Assembly: GCA_054661495.1 (NCBI GenBank)
Contig: BAAFSQ010000174.1
Location: 1 to 20,878, forward strand
Reading direction: 5' to 3'
DNA: 20,878 bases
Source of the DNA: Zygophlyctis sp. KS116
Taxonomy: Eukaryota; Fungi; Chytridiomycota
Shown piece after piece: positions 1 to 9,639 of the stretch (its first letter is position 1; every line of letters begins with the position of its first letter). The translations under genes were made by a program, and so were the position numbers. The notes beneath the pieces are model-generated. The model saw nothing but the letters and a program-made list of their open reading frames with translations. It ran no database searches and had not been told where the DNA came from.

Positions 1-135
1 GATTGACAGTGTAGGTTTGAGTTTGAGGCCTAAACAAGTAGGTTTGGGAATCTCACATATGGAAGTACTAGGAAATCGATTAATAGGTTTATTTTAGTTC
101 TAGGTTAATAATAATAAATTTTATCTTAAAGAGTT

Positions 136-417
136 TCATCTCTTACAGATCCTTTTATTCGCAGGTCCAGAAACATTCGAAATGGATTCCTCTGGGCCAA
201 TTGAATTATTAGAGAAAGTAATATCCGTCAGAACATCAGAAACTGTTTTTCTCTTCTTGATGTTGTTGAAATTTTCTCTTTTGGCTGAAGCTGCAACAAG
301 CCATCCTTTTAAGACATGGTTAGCAACCTTGCCTCTTCTCCATTCAACATCTTTTCCGCAGTCAACACATTTCCCATAGTGAATTTTCCCTCCAATTTCT
401 TTTGACTCAAATGGTTT
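136..417 (-). pseudogene. Possible decayed BED-type zinc-finger fragment (transposase-like remnant)
   Basis: A start-less open frame reads KPFESKEIGGKIHYGKCVDCGKDVEWRRGKVANHVLKGW...KKRK..., with CxxC followed by a His. It is preceded by an in-frame TGA where the BED W-x-x-F Trp would sit. Family assignment is from motif spacing only. Confidence 0.3.
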
Positions 418-541
418 TCAATTTTAAACATTTTCTGTAATTTCCGAAATAATAAATTAAAGTATCGCTGAAAGCTTAAAATTCTGAAACGGCACTGAGC
501 TAGAGTTTATTTTTCATGTATGACAATTGTAGTGCATTTTT

Positions 542-611
542 GCAGTACTGTACATGGCACTGTACTGCCGGATACTACTGAGCCTCTGCGCCCCCGAGGG
601 GAACGCCTCAG
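542..611. repeat. Two adjacent GC-rich inverted repeats/hairpins
   Basis: GCAGTAC(542-548)/GTACTGC(562-568), and CTGAG(578-582)...GCG-CCCC-cga-GGGG-aa-CGC...CTCAG(607-611), in an AT-rich background. Confidence 0.6.
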
Positions 612-769
612 AAACTGAAGGCAAGTGTAACGAGCGGGTTTTATAATAATCGCCAAGAATCTACAATCAATCTATTTAAAAAACTTTGCAAAACTCAACA
701 CATATTCATAGAAATGATTACCAATGATCAATTTTTTGATTTTAGTGAATTGTTATCTCCTATTCATAT

Positions 770-1219
770 TTATAAATTAACTCTTGGCTCCCAGCAAACA
801 GAACCTAAACACACTACCATATCAGACTCAAAAGATAAATCTGGATAGTACTTTGAAATAAATTCTAGAGCTTCATGATCAATCTTTACTTTTGTTGTTT
901 TAAATTCACAAGATTCTAGACATTGATCATTTTTAGTAGATAGTAGCGTATCTTGTACATTTAAAGATAAACACAGCAGATCTCCTCCTGTCCTTAAAAG
1001 AGGCCCCCATTCTTGTATTTCACCATCCATTTCAACCGATAATTGCCAAAACTCTGCATTAAAACAACATTCATGAACATCTGGCGGTACTATTTTACAA
1101 CCAACGACCCTTCCCACTGCCCCATCATGCCTTATAAGAGTCCCAACTAATGACTGATGAGAAATATCTGAGGATTTTGGATCTGGATCTAACAGAATCA
1201 AACTCATGATTCCTCTCAT
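770..1219 (-). CDS. Hypothetical protein (149 aa; possible spliced 5' extension to ATG 1316)
   Basis: Uninterrupted ORF with globular-protein composition and no motif I recognise. Confidence 0.6.
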   Translation of the reverse strand: MRGIMSLILLDPDPKSSDISHQSLVGTLIRHDGAVGRVVGCKIVPPDVHECCFNAEFWQLSVEMDGEIQEWGPLLRTGGDLLCLSLNVQDTLLSTKNDQCLESCEFKTTKVKIDHEALEFISKYYPDLSFESDMVVCLGSVCWEPRVNL

Positions 1220-1305
1220 ACCAACTTTTAACCTAAATCAGAAAGCCCTACTTTGAACAATTGGTCTTGTTAGAACCAAGGCGTAACTATAAACATTATT
1301 TTACA

Positions 1306-1926
1306 TTATATTTCATTTGAAGGAATTCTTTCTAGTCTTTTACCTCTTAAAATTCCCAAATCTCCTAATCTTTCTTGAGACTTTGATTTTAAAAAAGCAA
1401 CTGCAGTAGCGCGATCTAAAGGCTCAACATGTCTAAACATTGCCATTTCTTGAATTGAATGAGAAAACTTTTCTTCTAAATTTTCAAAAGTATTTATAGA
1501 CTCGATTGAAGAGACTGATCCAGAATTTACAATTGATATTGGTGTTTTCCATAATGGAGTAGAAGGTGGAGTTGGAAGAGTATGGAATCTTTTCCCAGAA
1601 AATACATTTATAGGTCTATACTGATCATTTACATTTTTTGGAGTTGAATTCCTAGTATGATTCCTTTCCTTGTATTTTATAGAATTATTACGTTTTAGAG
1701 AAAGAGATTGAGCTACTTTATGCAGAGGTTCATCCTCATCCAATGAAGAATCAGTTAAATATTCCTTTACCGGTTCATTTCTCCAAGACTCTGAGTCTAC
1801 TTGAACCAGCACTAATTCCTGATTATTGTCAGATTTTATAAAAGATTTCTTGAGAGATAGAGTCATGCCTAGAATTAAAAAGAATCCAAAAGTCAGGCAG
1901 AGTAGAAGAATGATCCATAGTTGCAT
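1306..1926 (-). CDS. Hypothetical N-terminally anchored membrane protein with Ser/Pro-rich tail
   Basis: ATG 1926 gives MQLWIILLLCLTFGFFLILGMTLSL (signal anchor) followed by a polar low-complexity region. Confidence 0.65.
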   Translation of the reverse strand: MQLWIILLLCLTFGFFLILGMTLSLKKSFIKSDNNQELVLVQVDSESWRNEPVKEYLTDSSLDEDEPLHKVAQSLSLKRNNSIKYKERNHTRNSTPKNVNDQYRPINVFSGKRFHTLPTPPSTPLWKTPISIVNSGSVSSIESINTFENLEEKFSHSIQEMAMFRHVEPLDRATAVAFLKSKSQERLGDLGILRGKRLERIPSNEI

Positions 1927-2141
1927 TTTGTTCACTGGTCTGATTTCACACGCAACAAAAAGTGTTTTCCTTTGCGTTTTGTTGCGGCCGTCGGAACCAA
2001 ATTAGAGCTTTTATACCGTTATAAAATTGTAATAATACAAAATTATTAGTGTCGTTGCATGCTACGGGCGCTACGGGCTGATTCTAGACGGCTGCTTTGA
2101 TGGTTTATATTAAAATCTGTAAAAATCTATTGCTTTTGAAA
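1927..2141. promoter_or_regulatory. Bidirectional promoter region with GC-rich motifs
   Basis: Lies between divergent ATGs. Contains GCCGTC (1987-1992), its reverse GACGGC (2087-2092), tandem GCTACGGGC x2 (2061-2078) and GGAACCAAAT (1993-2002). Confidence 0.5.
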
Positions 2142-2611
2142 ATGCTCTTGTTTCTCATTCTCAATTTAAGTCTTGTCCTATCCCAACAAACCGTTCTCTT
2201 AAACTCAAAATCTCTAGTTTCTTGTGGAAGACAGGGTGATGTATTTGACTTGAATTCATTGTTTTTAAATCCGGATCCACCAGAAAGAGGAAGACATTTG
2301 GATTTTTCTATTCAAGGAACTCTAAATTCAGAGATTCAACAAGGGGCAATCGTTCATGTTAGAGCTAAATTAGGATTTATTCAATTGATGAATCAGGATA
2401 TGGATTTGTGTGAAGAAATTAAACAGGTTGGAAGAAGTTGTCCGATTCCAAAAGGTCCATTCTTGTTAAATCATTCAGTCGAAATTCCAAAAGAAGCTCC
2501 TCCTGTAAGTGGATAAATTTAAATTATAAGGGGAAATATTCGGTTTTTGCTGATATTAAAAACTTTGATTCGGCTCATGTCGCTTGTGTTCAAGGTGAAT
2601 TTAGAATGTAG
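2142..2611 (+). CDS. NPC2: ML-domain sterol / PG-PI transfer protein (NPC2 family)
   Basis: Signal peptide, PDPPERG, DLCEE...CPIPKG and EIPKEAPP. A 26-nt intron (2505-2530) restores GKYSVFADIKNFDSAHVACVQGEFRM*, supplying the last conserved Cys. Confidence 0.9.
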
Positions 2612-5600
2612 CTAGATCCGGATTGTCTTCAGTTAATGTTGGCATTTGTGGTTGTTTTCTAATAGAATCAATCACATTAAGACTTGAATTGGATGCTGAA
2701 TCTATGGAATTTCTTTTTGAATATGAAATAGATTCTGTGCTTTCTGTAAATGAAGACTGTTTCTTTAATTGTTTTTTCCAAGGTGGGAGTAATACAGGTT
2801 TATGAAAGGTAGGATCAAATTCTGCTTCTATATTGGATGGAATGCCTTCAGAAAGTAATTTTACAGTTTCAGTTGAAATTTGGAATCTAGGGATTGAGTC
2901 ATCATCGGCAGGTGATAATAGGCGTGATGGTGGAATTGGGCAAAATTCTGAAAAGAGATTTGAAATTTCTACAGTTTCTAGAGAGTCTAATGATTTAACA
3001 GAGTCTGAAAATGATTTAAAAGAGTCTTGTAACAAATCGTTTGAGGAATTTAGAGATTTCTTGGATTTTTCCAAAAGAAATTCATATATTGTCCGGGTAG
3101 TTATAGGCAAGTATGTATGAACATTTTTGTGTTTTTTACTAGAAAGTAATGAATACGTGGTGTTGAGATTCAGTAGCGTTTTTTCTAAACAGGAATATCG
3201 ATCTCTTTGAATCGTTATAACAGGAATTGAAGATTTGGAAAGGCCTTCATTAATGGGTAAGATTGATCCTGTCTTGCTCCAATAATCAAATGTGACTCCA
3301 TGGCTTTCAAAAAAAGAATGTGCGGTTTTGCATCCGATAAGATCAACAGTACTATGTGAAAGGTGATCCAAGTAAAAGGCAACACGATTTTCAAGTGGTG
3401 CAATTCCAGTTAATACGGTACTACTAAAGTTTTTCATAGCTTCGTCCATATTGAAAAACTTTGCTCTTTGAAGAGTCTTAGTTTCCACATAGATGTTGGA
3501 TCTATGAAAAATCATTTTATCTGTATTAGATGAATACTGGCAACCTGATGCCAATAATACCGTTTGGCCTCTGAGTATTGTGGTAGAAAAATATGCCTTT
3601 AAATTATTTGCAACATACTCTTTTTCGCCCTAGAATTTAGATAAAATGTATTAGATACATTTTCATTTTCCCAACTCCAAACTTCTAATGTAAATTTTCC
3701 AATCATTCCCAGGGATAAACATTGCGCAGAAATTTTTCTGAATAATCCACTGGACTGTTCATAAGTTAGCTGATCTTGTGGAACAAAAAATCCACATGCA
3801 CCAAAATTTTTATCAAATATCTACCATTCAATAAAATAAGAGTACCATTTCTGTACTGACTACACGTTCTAAATTCCCATCAATATCAATAGTAAAACCA
3901 AATTCAATAATTCGTAATTTTCTAGGATCTGTACAAGGTACATTTTGAAAAAATCCTTTTGATTCTTTCCAATTTTCAATAAATGATTCGAAATCAGAAA
4001 AACCAGGATCTACAAGTTTAATTGTAGATTTAAATTCAGTGATGGCTGATTCGATCAAAGAGCTCATTTTTACAGGCAATTGTCCGGTACTTTTCTTACT
4101 GCTGCTTTGTGCCTGTTTAACGGCAAATGATTTAGCAAATGAATCTAAAGAAGAATTATCCTTCTGAGTAAATGAATTTACATCTTTTGATTAAAGGTAT
4201 GCGATATTACCAATAAAGGCGATTGGAAGTTGTCCGGATGGATAATCAAGATTCAGCTTTGAGCTACGAATAAGTGCAAAGTAGTGGGCTTTTGGATAGT
4301 TATGATATGCCTTAATGAAGCTTGCAAGCAAAGCTACAATGTCTGTTGCGGAAGAAAATAAAGCTCCAGATACTGTTATCCCGGATGATTCTAAAAATTT
4401 TCGAGCTTTTGACTTTGTAGACAGCATATCAAATAAATCAGGTGTGGATCCAAATATGGGAATTTGAAGACTCTGAGATATGAATATCAGAAAATTACCG
4501 CTGAAAGGCTAATATCCCAATCACTAATTGAATCAGTATACAAGATTGCATCTTTCCCCTCACACTCTTCCTTTATTTTGGTGATGATTTGAGTACTCAT
4601 ACATGCAACTGCAGCCATGGATGTATTTTGCTTGAATATATATGCCGTCTCAGGTACAAGAAAAAGTGCTCGATCCTGACGAATAGGATTTTTTTCACGG
4701 TATGCATGATCTTTGGCTTTAAGTTGAAAATTTGATTACCAAAAAGGTTCATTAGACCCTGCTTTTTAAATGTGTCCTGAAATGGGCTTATAAATATCAT
4801 CTTGATGCCGGGATCAATCAGAGGAAAACATCTATATTTTAGATTGAATTGGAGAAAGATTACCTAGCAAAATCAAAATTTGGTAAATTGAGCGCTTGTT
4901 CTGGCCTCGTCCAGTTACAAACTTGGATTATCACCTTCTGAGTCGAGCTAAATATTTGTATCCAATCTCTTTTTAAATTATTTATGAGCCTTATGCATCC
5001 CTTGGTACTTTCATTTACTAATCTAGTCTAATGTTTAGTGATCAAATTTACTTTCATAGCCGCTCTCAACCCCCTCCCAGCTGTCTTAATTTTCCAATAT
5101 TTCTGAAAAATAGATGTAGCCCAAACTCTTTCTAATAAACGCAAATGATCTCTCCTAGAAGTTCGGTTACATCCTTAAAGATACCTTCTTAACCATGTAC
5201 GAAACATTCGCTGAATAACTACAGCTGCTACCACTTCCGCATATGATTTATTTTTGAATTTAAGTGAAGGATCGTTCATTTTTTCAATTATTTCATCTGG
5301 ATTTGCAATACATAATATCAAATCATCCTTCTTTAGAGGCCATACCAGGGGCTGTTGTCCAAGATAAATAATAGCATGACAAAATATATCAGCATACTGA
5401 ATACCATATTTTTGAAGAAACTTTTCCATACTTTGAATTATCCATTGTATACTTAGATAAAGATTAGTATTCTTGAATCTGTTTATAAATTCTTGATAAG
5501 CAGGGGCATGTTGAAATACACGACCATCCTTAAAAGGAATCACCCAACCTGTCAAGACTGATTTATCCGGAGTATCTCTACCAAGAATATATTTATGTTT

Positions 5601-6422
5601 TGACTTATTAGACTTTAAGTTCCAGATATTTCTATTTTTAGCAGTAGATGATTGTTTTGGAGTACAAGGAGGATTTAGTGGAAGTGGTTTTTCTATAGAT
5701 ACTGGCAGAATTGTATCTAATGTAGGATATAGAATTATTTTCTCTTTAACTATTGGTTCTGGGGTAAACTTTACTCCTGGATTAACAAAAGCATTAGCAG
5801 AAAAAGCGCTACTAAATTGATAGCCTTTCATTGATGAATGATGAGTTTTTGCTAATAATTATATCTATTTTATTTACCTTTTGTAAATCTTATATTTGGT
5901 AGTTTTGCAGAACGAGGACCTGATTGAACCAATAAAGTAACATCTTCTCCGGCTTGAATCATACCTCTTTCAATCAGAGAATAAATCCCTTTATCTAATT
6001 CTAAAGATATTAATGACTCCTTTCTAGATATGATTGCACGTTTTCTGAGATCTGGTAAACAAGAATAATGATGTGGCAGTAAATGCATTTTTGGCTTGAT
6101 TAATTTAGTTTCTGACACTTTTAACTTTGCAGTATGATTATGATTTCCATCTTTATCTTCTTCATTATCCAAAACTAAATTATTTTTATAATTAACTGAT
6201 AAAGTCTGATTATCATCAATCATATATTTTTCATAATCTGGATTAGAGACTGTTTTTGCAGCTCTCAATTTCCCTGTATTCTTTTGTCGGACATGAGTTA
6301 ATTACCTTTTCTGAGAACTCTGCAGCATCAAATCTCAACCAGTTTGGCGGATAATGAATATCATCAATATTATCTATAGTATGAGTCTCTGCCCATTGAT
6401 CATTTGCAAATGCATCAGTCAT
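2601..6422 (-). CDS. IQCH: IQ domain-containing protein H-like (about 11 exons)
   Basis: ORF fragments join through about 10 short introns (e.g. 6281-6305, 5852-5877). IQ motif AAVVIQRMFRTWLRR, then LIDPGIKMIFISP, LFLVPE and SLQIPIFGSTPDLFDMLSTKSKARKFL, matching IQCH blocks as I recall them. Confidence 0.75.
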
Positions 6423-6608
6423 ATTAAATGATGTAGACGAATGATGTCATCGTACTTATACATATCAAGATTTCAGCTTGAAGATCAGTAAACTATACTA
6501 TGTAATGGCTTATGTTTCAATCCCATGCAAGCCCATACAGTCCCAAATAATGCGATAGAATCTGATACAGTCCGATGAAAGGCCGCTCAGCGCATCAAGA
6601 AAAATCAA

Positions 6609-7427
6609 ATGACTAGAGTCGATTTATACGCTGAATTTGGTCTTGACTCAACGGCAACAGCTGTAATTAGTATTATTACTTAAACAAGGCTCAAGTTAAA
6701 AAGGCTTATCACAAACGAGCACTCTCTGTTCATCCTGATAAAGTTTCAGACTCTCAAAAGGAAACCGCAACTGAAAAGTTCCAAAAACTATCACTTTATT
6801 ATGCTATTCTCTCTGATGCAAACAAGAGAAAAAAATATGATGAGACAGGATCTATTCAGGAAGCTCAAGATGTATTTGAAAAGGATGAAAATGTATCATG
6901 GACTGATTTCTTTAAACAAATGTTTGACTCTGTGACTGAACAGAAAATAGAGGAATTCAAGGATAATTATAAATGTATGTATGTTGTATTTTTAAGTTTT
7001 AGATGGACCAGAAGAAATTAAGGATGTTTTAGATTCATATCTTTTGTGTAAAGGAGACATGTTTAAAATTATTGAACATGTTCCAGTTGCTGAACTGGAC
7101 GATATTGAAAGATTTCAAGTCATTATTCAAGATGCGATTAGTAAAGGAAATGTACAAGAATTTCCAAAATTCAGAAAAGTTGGAAAAGCTCAATTAGAAA
7201 AAAAGAGAAAGAGAGCAGCCAAAGAAGCTATTGAGGCTCAAGAACTAAAAATGGAATTGAAAGGGAAACGTGAATCTGACGATCAAGGAGAAGATCATGA
7301 TATGGATGCGTTGAGAGCACTGATTCAGGCTAAACAAAAAGATCGGCAAAGTAATTTAATTGCTTCTTTAGAAGAAAAATACCTGGATCAAGACAAGGAT
7401 CGCAAGAGGAGTAAAGGTATATTTTAA
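6609..7427 (+). CDS. DNAJC9: J-domain co-chaperone, DNAJC9-like
   Basis: J domain (DLYAEFGL...VKKAYHKRALSVHPDK...RKKYD), then WTDFFKQMF, EEIKDVLDSY..KGDM and C-terminal LRALIQAKQ...LEEKY. Introns 6663-6688 and 6975-7002. Confidence 0.88.
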
Positions 7428-7718
7428 AGATTTATGAATTTAGGAAAAAGAGAACGAAAATGATCAATTTTACATTTTAACAGCTTTTAGTTTGAAAAGA
7501 ATGATTTCTATTTTAACGATGATCATCAAATTAATTTATGCATTTTGAGAATGGAAATACTTTAGACTCCGCTTGACATTTTAGTTTTGATTATTGTAAT
7601 TTGTGGCCCATGAAAAGTATCTTGTCAATTGACGGAATTCCAAATTTAGCTGATTATGCGGGAATATTAAGTTGCATTGTAAATTGACTGATTTACGATG
7701 AAACTTGGCGAAAGAGTT
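7290..7718 (+). repeat. Left copy of ~430 bp direct repeat (DNAJC9 3' end + intergenic + start of zinc-finger gene)
   Basis: Aligns with 10983-11417; 7553-7695 is identical to 11229-11371. Confidence 0.95.
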
Positions 7719-7723
7719 AACAA

Positions 7724-7786
7724 CCAGCAAAAGTAACAGCCTTCTTGTCAATGTACCCCCAAAGTGAAGTCGATCAATCTAAAGTG
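7724..7786 (+). repeat. Internal repeat A (63 bp)
   Basis: CCAGCAAAAGT...CAAAGTGAAGTCGATCAATCTAAAGTG aligns ungapped to 9233-9295. Confidence 0.85.
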
Positions 7787-7977
7787 ATTGTGGAATGGTT
7801 TAAATTAATTGCGGACCAATGGGCCTCTATGATGCGAAAATACTATTTTCGGCATAATGAAGATTCGGCTTAACAGTCTTCTTGCTCATTAGCCAGTTCT
7901 TAAAGAGTATATAAGATTTTTAGTAGTTGCCCAATTTTCCAAATACAATTTCTTAAAAAAACAAACACACTTTTATT

Positions 7978-8934
7978 TTATTCATCAGACAACATTGCAT
8001 AGATTTTACCAGTGATTTCAACAAGAGAGTCACTAGTGGGTCTGCCTCCAGGCAACATCCTTATAGAGCACTCATCTATTTCAATCTTTTCATCAAGACT
8101 ACGCAGGAAATTCCACTGCAAATAGTTGGTAACGATCCCATATACTGAATGCAAATCATCAATCTCTGCTGCGACTTCACATCCAAGCAAATTCTGTGCC
8201 ATACCCTGATTGATATCATCTCTTTTTGCTTCAACGATGCAAACAGTTTTGTCACCGCGACGCAAGACAAATTCAAAATGTCCATGAGCTTTCAGGTAAT
8301 TTCCATCCAAATCTTCCTCTACTAGAATTTGAACGTCATCGAGAAGAGAGCAGACACAAATGATGATTGGTGCAATCAGATGAAGTCTATGGGATTCTTT
8401 TCCAGATGAAAGAGACCCAAAGCATTTCGTAGCAACCGAGAGATACTGAGACAGGAAATCAAATTTTACCTTTGGAATGGCTTTTGTAGATTGGAAATAA
8501 GGAGTAGTGCATATTATATTCTTGACTTGTTTCCAAGTAACATATGAGTAGGCTGTTGAATTAGATTTCTTTGATTTCTTTTTGTTCCGTTCCAAAATGA
8601 CATTGAGCTTTCCCCATCTTTCCTTTCTTTTAGGATGTGGAGCATTCAAATTGGACTCGGAAGATGTGCGGCTCCCTTGAGAAACAGTGGGTTGTTCTTC
8701 AACACTGATAAAGAGAGGAGTCTTTGCAGTGTTTGGAGCTGGAATCGGATCATCTGGTTCCAAAGGAGATCCACCTTCAGTTGCTGAAAGAGAGAGTTCT
8801 CCGGGAGGAAACTGACCGTAGAAAAACAAAAGCTCCTTCTTGCAGGCCTTGAGAAAATCATTTACATCCTGACAGTCTTCAATAGAGACTTTAACAGCAC
8901 TATAAGTTTTAAATTTAATCCAGAGTTTTGACAT
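7978..8934 (-). CDS. Crinkler (CRN)-type effector: ubiquitin-like header + PD-(D/E)XK restriction-endonuclease-like domain
   Basis: Header MSKLWIKF..AVKVSIEDCQDVNDFLKACK...PLFISV. Basic NLS-like stretch PKRKERW...RNKKKSKK. Nuclease-fold motifs EE...GHFEF...IVEAK...GMAQ...VYGIVTNYLQWNF. Intronless. Confidence 0.8.
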   Translation of the reverse strand: MSKLWIKFKTYSAVKVSIEDCQDVNDFLKACKKELLFFYGQFPPGELSLSATEGGSPLEPDDPIPAPNTAKTPLFISVEEQPTVSQGSRTSSESNLNAPHPKRKERWGKLNVILERNKKKSKKSNSTAYSYVTWKQVKNIICTTPYFQSTKAIPKVKFDFLSQYLSVATKCFGSLSSGKESHRLHLIAPIIICVCSLLDDVQILVEEDLDGNYLKAHGHFEFVLRRGDKTVCIVEAKRDDINQGMAQNLLGCEVAAEIDDLHSVYGIVTNYLQWNFLRSLDEKIEIDECSIRMLPGGRPTSDSLVEITGKIYAMLSDE

Positions 8935-9137
8935 TTTCAAGATTTCGATTCTAGAATGTTAAATACCAAAAAGATTACTTTTCTAAAGAGAGATTTTACG
9001 GCGCAAAACCTTAATCTAGATATTCATTTCAACGTTTCTCTCTCAGGAATTTATGCTGATAATATGTTTTCCCTGGACTCTCCTCAAGTGGATTTCAAAC
9101 TTATCAAAAGATGGAAAGTTTATTTATTAAGCATATG

Positions 9138-9229
9138 AAGAGTATGGAGTAGTTGCCCAATTTTACAAATATAATATGGTTAAAACAAACCGCCCTTTAT
9201 TTTGAGAGTCACTGGTGGGTCTGCCTCCA
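9138..9229 (-). pseudogene. Relic copy of CRN gene 3' end and downstream flank
   Basis: 9148-9164 equals 7922-7938 (AGTAGTTGCCCAATTTT). 9204-9229 matches CRN coding 8025-8050 at 25/26 nt (GGRPTSDS), with the intervening last codons deleted. Confidence 0.8.
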
Positions 9230-9232
9230 CAG

Positions 9233-9295
9233 CCAGCAAAAGTGATATCATTTTTGGTAATGTACACACAAAGTGAAGTTGATCAATCTAAAGTG
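9233..9295 (+). repeat. Internal repeat A' (63 bp)
   Basis: Diverged copy of 7724-7786. Confidence 0.85.
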
Positions 9296-9572
9296 TGATT
9301 TTGATTAAGAGGCTATTCCTGATGCTTGTAACGAACATACCTCGTGTAAAACCACATGGAAGTAGCAAACCACCAACAACACCTCTTTTCCAAAGTCGAT
9401 AAGCGAAAGCTTTGATTGACACAAGTCAAAAACGTATGAAATATTCTATCTTCTGTGTTAGGGGCAAATTCAAGAGCTTTTAAAGTATGGTATGATCTAA
9501 GGACAGAACGAAGAGTGATGAACAGTCCAATAGTCGTTGATGCATAAAAACCATACAACAGAAAATTTCACG

Positions 9573-9621
9573 AGTCGGAGTCCGACTAAAAAGGTTGTCC
9601 GACTGTAGGACAACCTTTTTA
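9573..9621. repeat. Double inverted repeat immediately upstream of kinase ATG
   Basis: AGTCGGA-g-TCCGACT (9573-9587) and a perfect 14-bp stem TAAAAAGGTTGTCC(9587-9600)/GGACAACCTTTTTA(9608-9621). Confidence 0.85.
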
Positions 9622-9639
9622 TAACAAAATCGACAAGCG

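Noticed and set aside
2-97. Open plus frame ending in TAG, possible 3' end of an upstream gene
   Set aside because: Too short to support.
182-379. 65-aa plus-strand ORF
   Set aside because: No recognisable features; antisense to the BED-like frame.
578-616. Hammerhead ribozyme (CTGA...GAAAC)
   Set aside because: The CUGANGA core is not matched.
2623-3120. Plus-strand ORFs of 60 and 95 aa
   Set aside because: Antisense shadows of the IQCH last exon.
7621-7640. AATTGACGGAA matching small-subunit rRNA, a possible snoRNA guide
   Set aside because: Only 11 nt, with no convincing box C/D arrangement on the complementary strand.
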